From Acidobacteriota bacterium (GTDB lineage: Bacteria; Acidobacteriota; Vicinamibacteria; Vicinamibacterales; SCN-69-37): DNA of 42,895 nt. Both the position numbers and the translations under genes were made by a program. The notes beneath the pieces were generated by a model. That model did not search any database and was not told the DNA's origin. It saw nothing but the letters and a program-made list of their open reading frames with translations. The stretch covers positions 1 to 42,895 of the forward strand of contig SCUN01000054.1 of assembly GCA_004297655.1 (NCBI GenBank), in the 5' to 3' direction. This document shows, one piece after another, positions 10,208 to 17,272 of this stretch; position 1 is the first letter of the stretch; each line of letters begins with the position of its first letter.

Positions 10208-11260
10208 TTGAGCACAGCTCCCCAATTCGCCACCCCCGCCGTCTTCAAGCATGTTCTCGAAAAACGGGTTGAAGGGTTCCTGGCCAACCGCCGGACCACC
10301 GACAGTCCGTTGATGTACGCCAAGGCCATCGGCCTCTTCGCGGCCTCGGCCCTGTCCTACTACTTTCTGGTCTTTCGGACCGATTCGATCTGGGCGGCGC
10401 TCGCGTGGGGCTTCGTCCTGGCGATGGCGCTCGTGGGCATCGGCTTCAACGTGCAGCACGACGGCAATCACGGGGGCTTCTCGCGCTACAAGTGGGTCAA
10501 TCGGTCCGCGGGCTTCACGCTGGATCTGATCGGCGCCAGCTCGTACTTCTGGGCCGATAAGCACAACCACAACCATCACGTGTACACGAACATCCCGCAC
10601 GAGGATGCCGACATCAACCTCGGCCCGCTCGCGCGGCTCAGCGAAGAGCATCGCTGGCTCTGGTTCCATCGCTTCCAGCACATCTATCTCTGGGCGCTCT
10701 ACGCGTTCGTGCATCTCCGGTATCTCTTCACCGACCTGCACCGCATGTCGGGCCTCAAGAAGGACGGGCTGACGGAGAACTACCCGAGGGGCTGGGATCT
10801 CGTCGCGATGATCGCCGGCAAGGTCATCTTCCTGACGTTCGCGTTCGCGATCCCGCTGACGCAGCACTCGTTCGGCCGTGTGGCCGGCATCTACGTCCTC
10901 GTCTCGATGGCGATGGGCATCGTCTTCAGCACCGTCTTCCAGCTGGCGCACACCGTGGACAACGTCGAGCACCCGCTGCGCGGCGCGACCGATCACAACG
11001 AGTGGGTCATCCATCAGATCCGGACGACGGCGAATTTCGCACCGCGGAACTGGTTCCTGACGTTCACGCTCGGCGGCTTGAACTTCCAGCGCGAGCATCA
11101 TCTCTTCCCGAAGATCTCGCACGTCCACTACCCGGCGATCTCGAAAGTCGTTCGCGCGGTCTGTCAGGAATACAAAGTGGATTACTGCGAAAGCCCGTCG
11201 GTCTGGGAAGCGATCCGCTCGCACTATCGCTTCGTAAAAGCGATGGGCGCCAAACCGTAG
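10208..11260 (+). CDS. Membrane fatty-acid desaturase, front-end (DesD-like) type without a cytochrome b5 domain
   Basis: 350 aa. His boxes are HDGNH, HNHNHH and QREHHLFP. A Q-x-x-H-H third box is the hallmark of front-end/delta-6-type desaturases. The start is TTG. Confidence 0.85.
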   Translation: MSTAPQFATPAVFKHVLEKRVEGFLANRRTTDSPLMYAKAIGLFAASALSYYFLVFRTDSIWAALAWGFVLAMALVGIGFNVQHDGNHGGFSRYKWVNRSAGFTLDLIGASSYFWADKHNHNHHVYTNIPHEDADINLGPLARLSEEHRWLWFHRFQHIYLWALYAFVHLRYLFTDLHRMSGLKKDGLTENYPRGWDLVAMIAGKVIFLTFAFAIPLTQHSFGRVAGIYVLVSMAMGIVFSTVFQLAHTVDNVEHPLRGATDHNEWVIHQIRTTANFAPRNWFLTFTLGGLNFQREHHLFPKISHVHYPAISKVVRAVCQEYKVDYCESPSVWEAIRSHYRFVKAMGAKP

Positions 11261-11313
11261 GGGGACGGACCCCTTTTCCACAACTTTTCAACAGTTGGGG
11301 ACAGGTCTCGGGC

Positions 11314-11781
11314 CTATCGAGTCCGCCGCTGTCGCATTACTTCATACACAGCGAGAGCAACGCTAGTTGACAGATTGAGCGACCGCACGTGTTCGGAGAG
11401 GATCGGTATCTTCACCAAGCGGTCGTTGTATTTCTCGCGCACTTCGCTCGGAAGCCCGCCCGTCTCTCGCCCGAAGATCAGAACAGCATCCTCCGACTCG
11501 CCAAGTGGCGCGTCCCACAACTCGCGCGTCGCCTTCGTCGAGAAGAACCACGGCTCGCCGAGCGCGGGCAGCGCTCGTTCGAACGCGCCCCAATCGGGCC
11601 AGACACGCAGATCGACGTGCTCCCAGTAGTCGAGTCCCGCGCGCTTGACCTGGCGATCGTCGAGCGAGAAGCCGAGCGGTTCGACCAGATGCAGCGTGGC
11701 GCCCACCGCCAGGCACGTTCTGCCGGCGTTGCCGGTGTTCCAGTGAATCTCGGGATGGACGAGGACGACGTGGATCGCCAC
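11314..11781 (-). CDS. trmL: tRNA (cytidine/uridine-2'-O)-methyltransferase, SpoU/TrmL family
   Basis: 155 aa: IHVVLV.PEI..NTGN.GRTC...LHLV.PLGF...KRAGLDYW......LIFG.E..GLP......IP.....RSLNLS.SVA is TrmL-like. Confidence 0.88.
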   Translation of the reverse strand: MAIHVVLVHPEIHWNTGNAGRTCLAVGATLHLVEPLGFSLDDRQVKRAGLDYWEHVDLRVWPDWGAFERALPALGEPWFFSTKATRELWDAPLGESEDAVLIFGRETGGLPSEVREKYNDRLVKIPILSEHVRSLNLSTSVALAVYEVMRQRRTR

Positions 11782-12287
11782 TAGCTGCGGCCGGGGCGAA
11801 CGATGCCATAGATCAGGAGCCGTTTGCCGCCTTCGGCCTCTTCGCGCTCGAGCGCGGCGCCGAGCCGTTCGGCGATCCTGATCGATCGGACGTTATCCGC
11901 GTGAATCACGCACGCAATGTGTCGCTGATCGAGTTCGTCGAATGCATGAGCGACGAGCGCGCGAGTGCCTTCGAGCGCGTACCCCTTGCCCCACGCCGAT
12001 CGCGCGAGCGCCCAGCCCAGCTCGAACCCGCGGCCGCCTTCAGGATTCAGGAAGCCCATGTGCCCGATCACATCGCCGGACGACTGCTCCACCGCCGCGA
12101 AGATGCCGTAGCCGCGCAAGTGCCAGTGCCCGACGTATCTCGCGATGTTCCACCACGCCTGCGCGCGCGAGAGCGCGCCGTCGTGAATGTAGCGCATGAC
12201 CTCGGGATCCGACGTGATCCGCGCGTGCGCTTCGAAATCGTCGGCGGTGATCGGGCGGAGGCGCAGCCGCCCCGTGTCTATCTCCAA
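11781..12287 (-). CDS. GNAT N-acetyltransferase (RimJ/RimL-like, Acetyltransf_3)
   Basis: 168 aa: TGRLRLRPITADDFEAH....DPEVMRY......GFELGWAL....WGKGYALEG. TTG start at 12287 with AAGGAG (12296-12301) 8 nt upstream. The stop overlaps the trmL start by 1 nt. Confidence 0.85.
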   Translation of the reverse strand: MEIDTGRLRLRPITADDFEAHARITSDPEVMRYIHDGALSRAQAWWNIARYVGHWHLRGYGIFAAVEQSSGDVIGHMGFLNPEGGRGFELGWALARSAWGKGYALEGTRALVAHAFDELDQRHIACVIHADNVRSIRIAERLGAALEREEAEGGKRLLIYGIVRPGRS

Positions 12288-12302
12288 AACTGAAACTCCT
12301 TC
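12206..12302. repeat. Copy A of a 97-bp direct duplication (active GNAT 5' end plus dead DUF2164 tail)
   Basis: Aligns without gaps to 12884-12980 with 86/97 identities by my own count. Confidence 0.85.
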
Positions 12303-12415
12303 ATCACAAGCGGCGCCGAACTTCCACGCAACTGGGCTCCCGCCGATCGTCGCGCCGATACAGGCTGGGCACCCAGCCGCGTGGATGCCGCCGCAGCGGC
12401 TCCAATCAGCCCTCG

Positions 12416-12784
12416 CTATTCACTCGTCTTTCTGGCCGGAAACGCTTTCGCGACGATGGCTCCCGCGAGAGGGCCGACGCAGCCGGCCAACAACAGCGGG
12501 AGGCCCTGGTTAAGAATCACCTCGCGACTCTCAAACACAACGTTGGCGACAAATCCCAAGGATAAGGGCGCCGCCATGCCGAGTAACGTCGCAAGGTTGG
12601 AGCGGAGGCCAATTCCCTTAGCGGCAACGAGTAACTGGCAAACCCCAAGGTATACGCCCATGATGACAAACGTCATCGGTGGAGTCGGGCTGCGAGCTGC
12701 TCCCAGAATCCCGTCCGAAAGTGTGCCCACCCCAAGCGCAGAAACCCCCAGAGCGAAAGCGAGGCCAACTCTCTTGACGTCCAT
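12416..12784 (-). CDS. Small hydrophobic membrane protein (about 4 TM), atypical codon usage
   Basis: 122 aa: GLAFALGVSALGV...FVIMGVYLGVCQLLVAA...LLGMAAPLSLGFVANVV...LLLAGCVGPLAGAIVA. It has many T/A-ending codons (gtt, ctt, tta, ttg, gga), unlike its neighbours. It lies between the two copies of the 97-bp duplication. Confidence 0.55.
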   Translation of the reverse strand: MDVKRVGLAFALGVSALGVGTLSDGILGAARSPTPPMTFVIMGVYLGVCQLLVAAKGIGLRSNLATLLGMAAPLSLGFVANVVFESREVILNQGLPLLLAGCVGPLAGAIVAKAFPARKTSE

Positions 12785-12883
12785 GAGCGCTCCTAATTCC
12801 GAACGAGGGTCGTCAATCCGCTGGGAGCAAGTCCCAGATTGGCCCGAGGTTACACCGAATCAGGGCACCCACGGCCAGAGAAT

Positions 12884-12965
12884 GATCCGATGTGATCCGC
12901 GCGGGCGCCTCGAAGTCGTCCGCTGTGATCGGTCGAAGACGCAGCCGCCCGGTGTCTATCTCCAA
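12884..12965 (-). pseudogene. 5' fragment (27 codons) of a GNAT acetyltransferase gene, homologous to 12206-12287
   Basis: It translates as (M)EIDTGRLRLRPITADDFEAPARITSD and then diverges into unrelated sequence. It differs from the live gene at 10 positions, 9 of them synonymous third-codon positions. Confidence 0.7.
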
Positions 12966-12980
12966 AACTGGAACTCCTTC
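12884..12980. repeat. Copy B of the 97-bp direct duplication (live DUF2164 3' end plus GNAT 5' fragment)
   Basis: See copy A. The offset is exactly 678 bp. Confidence 0.85.
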
Positions 12981-13201
12981 TCGTAGCACGAGCCTTCGAG
13001 GTCCAGCACGCGGTCGTGGAAGTACTTCTGCGCGTCGGAGATGGCCTTGTTGTAGATGCTCGGCCCGATCTCTCTCAAGCAGAACTCCATGACCAGCCGG
13101 GCCTTGAGGTCGCCGATGTCCTCGTCGAGATGTTCCGCGAAGAAGCGTTTGATGGACGCGTGAAGGTCCTTCGTCGTGTCAGGCGCAAGCTGGATGGCCA
13201 T
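12956..13201 (-). CDS. DUF2164-like small protein
   Basis: 81 aa: IKRFFAEHLDEDIGDLKARLVMEFCLREIGPSIYNKAISDAQKYF resembles the DUF2164 family from memory. GC3 is host-like. Confidence 0.7.
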   Translation of the reverse strand: MAIQLAPDTTKDLHASIKRFFAEHLDEDIGDLKARLVMEFCLREIGPSIYNKAISDAQKYFHDRVLDLEGSCYEKEFQFWR

Positions 13202-13233
13202 GGCCCGATTTCATCACAGCCGGCGCCGCACCG

Positions 13234-13728
13234 CTAACGCTGCACGCGTCTCCGGATTTCGGTCGCGTTCACGCGTCCAAAGAACTCGGGCGCGATGATC
13301 CACGCCGCGCGCATGAAGAACAGTAATCCAGTCTGCATGAGCGCGTACGGCGCCACGAACAGCAGCAAGGCGAAACCGGCCGCGGACGGCTGCGTCGGGT
13401 CGAACGATACCTTGAAGTACACGAGCAAACCATAGACGCTGACGCCAACAATAATGCCGAGCAAATACCACATCGTCGCCTGCATCGAGCGCTCGGCGGC
13501 ATAGAGCGACCGTGTCTGGCCCTCGCCGTCCGGGAGCGCGCGGCCGCGGCTGTAGAGCAGCCCGGTGAAGCTGAAGAACACCACCAGGATCGGCACGCAG
13601 AGCGCCGCCAGCGGTTTGAAGTCGAAGTGGTAGATGTGATGCAGCATCACCACGAAGAACACGAACGCCGCGCTCACCTCGAGTGCGATGAAGGCGATCC
13701 GAGCGGTCCGTCTGCTGCCGGCCGGCAT
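13234..13728 (-). CDS. Hypothetical integral membrane protein (4 TM)
   Basis: 164 aa, hydrophobic segments, good GC3 bias. No family recognised. Confidence 0.6.
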   Translation of the reverse strand: MPAGSRRTARIAFIALEVSAAFVFFVVMLHHIYHFDFKPLAALCVPILVVFFSFTGLLYSRGRALPDGEGQTRSLYAAERSMQATMWYLLGIIVGVSVYGLLVYFKVSFDPTQPSAAGFALLLFVAPYALMQTGLLFFMRAAWIIAPEFFGRVNATEIRRRVQR

Positions 13729-13769
13729 GATCCGCGCATCCTAATACAGGGCGCGCTCGGCTGGGCGTT

Positions 13770-14126
13770 TCACTTCGCCGGCTTGATCTCGATGCTGACG
13801 ATGTGGAGGGGTGCGGTGCCGACGTTTTCGAGAGTGTGGGGCCCCAGCGCCTCTCCCCACAAGACGGCTCCCTGCACCGCCGTCACGCCTGCGGTTCGTG
13901 TGTCGAGCAGCACGACGCCCTTGTCGTCCCGGCGGACAAACGCGCTCCAACTCATGACATGGTGCGCGGCCGGCCATTGGTGCGTGTGAACCGGCGTCCG
14001 TTCGCCCGGCGCGATCCGGGTGTCCAACACGCGGACGCGTTCGTTCTCGAGGACCAGACGGTGCTGTGCGGGCGCGGCCGAAAGTGCGTCCAGTTCTGCG
14101 GGCCAGGCCGAGGGGTCGTCCATCAA
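13770..14126 (-). CDS. Cupin-fold small protein
   Basis: 118 aa: VRVLDTRIAPGERTPVHTHQWP...GPHTLENVG..PLHIVSIE looks like a single cupin barrel with His ligands. Confidence 0.6.
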   Translation of the reverse strand: MMDDPSAWPAELDALSAAPAQHRLVLENERVRVLDTRIAPGERTPVHTHQWPAAHHVMSWSAFVRRDDKGVVLLDTRTAGVTAVQGAVLWGEALGPHTLENVGTAPLHIVSIEIKPAK

Positions 14127-14130
14127 TGCC

Positions 14131-14757
14131 TCAGCGAGCCGCGGCCTCCGCGACCGTCGGCAAGTGCTGCTGGTACAGCTTCACGAGCGAGATCTCGGCT
14201 GATTGAATGTCGGCGATCGTCAGCCAAAGCAATCGCACGACGGCAGGACGCTTGGCGGGGTCATATGTGGCGGCATCGGCCAAAGGGCCATTAGCTAGCC
14301 GCTGAACATTCGCCGTCACCTGATCCTGCGCCGTGTAAACGTCGGCGAGCGCGGACGCGACATTGAAATCAATCAGCCGCACGGCGCCGCTCGACACGGC
14401 GGCGTCCCATGCGCTTCGGCGCAGCGTCGGGAACGGCGTCGGGCTTTTTCCGAGATCCGGGCGTGTCCTGAACCAGACGTCGAGTCCGGACTCGGACGCT
14501 CTCGAGGTATCGGCGGTATCCAGCGCTCGGCGCCACTCAGAGTGAATCGAGATGTACGGCTCCAGGGCGGCGAAGTTGTGATCGATCTCGGCCTTGATGC
14601 CGCTGAGCACCTGGTGCTTCAGTTCACGATTGGCCCTGGCGTCGCGGTACTCGTCAACGCCGAACGCCAGCAGGACGCTGACGACGATAAGCAGGCCTTC
14701 GAGCAGCCAGTTGACGAGCTGCTTGCCGCGCCCGGCTTCCGATCCGCCCGATGTCAT
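14131..14757 (-). CDS. Hypothetical protein with an N-terminal TM anchor
   Basis: 208 aa. TM segment LLEGLLIVVSVLLAFGV followed by a soluble domain. The gap to the next gene is 4 nt. No family recognised. Confidence 0.55.
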   Translation of the reverse strand: MTSGGSEAGRGKQLVNWLLEGLLIVVSVLLAFGVDEYRDARANRELKHQVLSGIKAEIDHNFAALEPYISIHSEWRRALDTADTSRASESGLDVWFRTRPDLGKSPTPFPTLRRSAWDAAVSSGAVRLIDFNVASALADVYTAQDQVTANVQRLANGPLADAATYDPAKRPAVVRLLWLTIADIQSAEISLVKLYQQHLPTVAEAAAR

Positions 14758-14766
14758 CGGCGCATC

Positions 14767-15339
14767 CTAATACATGGACGCTCGCCGCGTCCGTGCCTCC
14801 GCGGCTCGCCGGATTGCGGGAAGGAGAAACCAACGGATGGGCAAGATCCCGAGCCGGGCCCAGCGCCAATAGGCCTTGAAGCGGACTTGTGTTTGCGAGT
14901 CGGTTGCCGCCGCTCGCGTCTCGGTTCGCAGCACACACGTGTGTTCGGTGACAGGATCGACTTCCAGCGTCCACGCGATCTTGACGTAGCCCGGCTCACG
15001 AAACAGCGGAAAAGTCTGGGCGTCGAGGGGAGTGAAGTGGACATCCGCCAACCAGGGCTGGCAAAACGCTCCTGCGACGAAGAGGTGATCGGGCTCGAGC
15101 GCCAGCTGGCCCCAGCCAAAGGCGGGAAGTTCGGTGAGGATGCCGAGAGATGGCGGCCGAGGATTACGGGACCGGAGCAGGAGTTCGCGGAGACGGAAGA
15201 TGGCCCGGATCGGCCACAGCGATTGGAGGTCGAAAGCGGCGGCGGTCGCGAAGGTGAGAGCGGCTGGAGCCTGGACCCGCACCTCGAAGTGCTCGCGGGC
15301 GTCAAAGATGGGCAGAAAGGGATCGAGTGGACTGGACAT
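14767..15339 (-). CDS. Hypothetical protein, possibly SRPBCC-like ligand-binding fold
   Basis: 190 aa. The pattern F.P.FDARE...V.AP......GWG.L...P......GAFCQPW......TETR.......RF.AYWR resembles SRPBCC/DUF-type proteins. The assignment is weak. Confidence 0.45.
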   Translation of the reverse strand: MSSPLDPFLPIFDAREHFEVRVQAPAALTFATAAAFDLQSLWPIRAIFRLRELLLRSRNPRPPSLGILTELPAFGWGQLALEPDHLFVAGAFCQPWLADVHFTPLDAQTFPLFREPGYVKIAWTLEVDPVTEHTCVLRTETRAAATDSQTQVRFKAYWRWARLGILPIRWFLLPAIRRAAEARTRRASMY

Positions 15340-15417
15340 AGATCAGTGAGAATCAGTGGCTAGCGCCGAGCAAATCCCACATCACCCTCACAGATCACGA
15401 TGCCACAGACGGTGGGA

Positions 15418-16236
15418 TCACCGTTGAACAGCAACGACGTGCGCCTGGATTTTGCCATCCACGACGCCTCGGCCAAACCGCTGTGAAATCGCGGCAGCGC
15501 CGGCGTCCGTGACTTCGGCCAGCCGGGACGCGTCGCGCGCCTCGATTTCGTTTCGGAGCGGTGTGCCCTGGCAATAGGCCATGGCGACCGCTTCGGCAGA
15601 GCTGGCCCGGCTGCGTGCCGCCACTGTGACGATCTCCGGCGGAGCGGCGAACCCGCCGCCTCCGAGGTCTCGCTCGATGGCCGCCCGGTCGTGGTAGCCG
15701 TGCGGGGTGCGCGCCAGGAAGCGAGGCGGATCGTCCGGAAACAGCGGCTCGAGCGCGGCGGTGACGACATCCGCAAATTCGTTCTCTCTAATGTGATCCC
15801 ACACGTTGAAGATGAACACGCCGCCGGGTCTGAGAACTCGGCGCGCCTCCGCAAACGCCGCGGCCTTGTCCGGGAAGAACATGGCGCCGAATTGGCATAC
15901 GACTGCGTCAAACGTCTGGTCCTCAAACGGCAAGTGCATGGCGTCTGCCTGACGCCACTCCACCGGCCGCTGCAGTCCGAGCGTCATCGCGTGGTCGAGC
16001 ATCGCCTGATTCAAATCCGTCGCCACGATCGCGACGTGATCAGGCAACCTGGAGGCCAGAGCGCGTGTGAGGACGCCGGTGCCAGCGGCAATTTCGAGAA
16101 CCCGGGCCGGGGATCGCGATGCGAGCCGAGCCGCCAGATCCGTCGCGTAGGGCTCGAAGATCAGCGGAACGAGGTATGTCTCGTAAAGACTCGGAATCGA
16201 ACCGGCGAAGAGTTTGTCGGAATCAGGGCGGTTCAT
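15418..16236 (-). CDS. Class I SAM-dependent methyltransferase (Methyltransf_11/UbiE-like) with a C-terminal extra domain
   Basis: Motif I VLEIAAGTGVLT, motif post-I VATDLN, FDAVVCQFG, LRPGGVFIFNVW. It starts 9 nt after the stop of the FAD subunit gene. Confidence 0.85.
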   Translation of the reverse strand: MNRPDSDKLFAGSIPSLYETYLVPLIFEPYATDLAARLASRSPARVLEIAAGTGVLTRALASRLPDHVAIVATDLNQAMLDHAMTLGLQRPVEWRQADAMHLPFEDQTFDAVVCQFGAMFFPDKAAAFAEARRVLRPGGVFIFNVWDHIRENEFADVVTAALEPLFPDDPPRFLARTPHGYHDRAAIERDLGGGGFAAPPEIVTVAARSRASSAEAVAMAYCQGTPLRNEIEARDASRLAEVTDAGAAAISQRFGRGVVDGKIQAHVVAVQR

Positions 16237-16245
16237 GATGTGAGG

Positions 16246-17271
16246 TCAGAGTATCTGCCTCGCCAGACTCAACCGCTTCGCGCGCATGTCGTCGCCGCGG
16301 GCTTCGCGAAGGGCGCTCGTCACGAGCGACTTGACCATCTTCTTCCGCCAGACGAGCTCGAAGTCGGTGTTGTCCATCGGCTTCGCGATGTCGTACGCCG
16401 CGGCGGCCGCGGCGGCGATCGCCTCATCAGTCAACTTCTGGCCGATCAGGAGCGCTGACGCTTTCTCCGAAAGGAGCGGCCGCGAGGCGACGGCGCCGAG
16501 CGCGATGCGGGCGTGTTCGACGACGCCGCCGTCCAATTTGAGCGCGATGGCCGCGGCGCCCACGGGAAAGTCGAAACTGCCGCGGCGGCGCAGCTTCCAG
16601 TACGAGGTCGTCCACCCTCGCAGATTCGGCAACGACACAGACGTCAGCAGCTCGTCGGCCCGCTTCGTGAGATACGACATGCCGTCGTTGTTGTAGAAGT
16701 CATCCACGGCGACATCGCGCGAACCCGAGGCCGACACGAGCGTGACCTTCGCGCCGAGCGCGAGGAGCATCGGCGCGGTGTCGGTCGACGAGACGGCGAG
16801 ACACCGCTTGCTTGACGTCGCCACCCAGCACGTCGAGCCGTCCTTCTTCATGCAGTACCCGATCGCCTTGCGCCACTCCTCGGACTGGTCGTAATAGGTG
16901 CAGCGCGTATCGAGGCACAGATTGCCGCCGATCGTGGCCATGTTCCGAAGATGCGGCGTCGCGACCTGCGCGGCGGCCTGCCAGAGACCGCGCACATTCT
17001 TCTGCAGCAGCTCATCCCCCACCAGCGTCGAGAGCGTCGTCCCCGCGCCGATGATGCGTGAGCCGCCGGGGCCGGGCATCATGACGGCCAGCTCGCGAAT
17101 GCCGCGAAGGCCGACGAGCGTCTTCGGCTTCCACTGCCCGCGCTTCATGTTCGGCAGCACATCCGTGCCGCCCGCCACGATCATCATCGTCTCCGGCGAC
17201 TGGCCGAGAATGTCGACGGCTTCTTCGACGGACGCGGGCGCGTAGTACTTGAAAGATGGAAGGCGGAGCAT
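16246..17271 (-). CDS. FAD-binding (medium) subunit of a xanthine dehydrogenase-family molybdoenzyme, with a Cys-rich insertion (HcrB-like)
   Basis: 341 aa: AGGTDVLP, ATIGGNL (FAD_binding_5), CO_deh_flav_C-like C-terminus. The insertion after GGNL reads C-LDTR-C-x15-C-x7-C-x8-C (Cys119/124/140/148/157). Confidence 0.88.
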   Translation of the reverse strand: MLRLPSFKYYAPASVEEAVDILGQSPETMMIVAGGTDVLPNMKRGQWKPKTLVGLRGIRELAVMMPGPGGSRIIGAGTTLSTLVGDELLQKNVRGLWQAAAQVATPHLRNMATIGGNLCLDTRCTYYDQSEEWRKAIGYCMKKDGSTCWVATSSKRCLAVSSTDTAPMLLALGAKVTLVSASGSRDVAVDDFYNNDGMSYLTKRADELLTSVSLPNLRGWTTSYWKLRRRGSFDFPVGAAAIALKLDGGVVEHARIALGAVASRPLLSEKASALLIGQKLTDEAIAAAAAAAYDIAKPMDNTDFELVWRKKMVKSLVTSALREARGDDMRAKRLSLARQIL

Positions 17272-17272
17272 G

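Noticed and set aside
11261-11313. Intrinsic terminator GGGGacggaCCCCTTTT after the front-end desaturase.
   Set aside because: The stem is only 4 bp. It is plausible but below my threshold for a feature call.
12303-12883. Calling the inserted segment a mobile element (IS/MITE/integron cassette).
   Set aside because: I could see no transposase, integrase, terminal inverted repeats or attC-like structure. The flanking repeat is 97 bp and 11% diverged, unlike a target-site duplication. It is reported only as an insertion of unknown mechanism.
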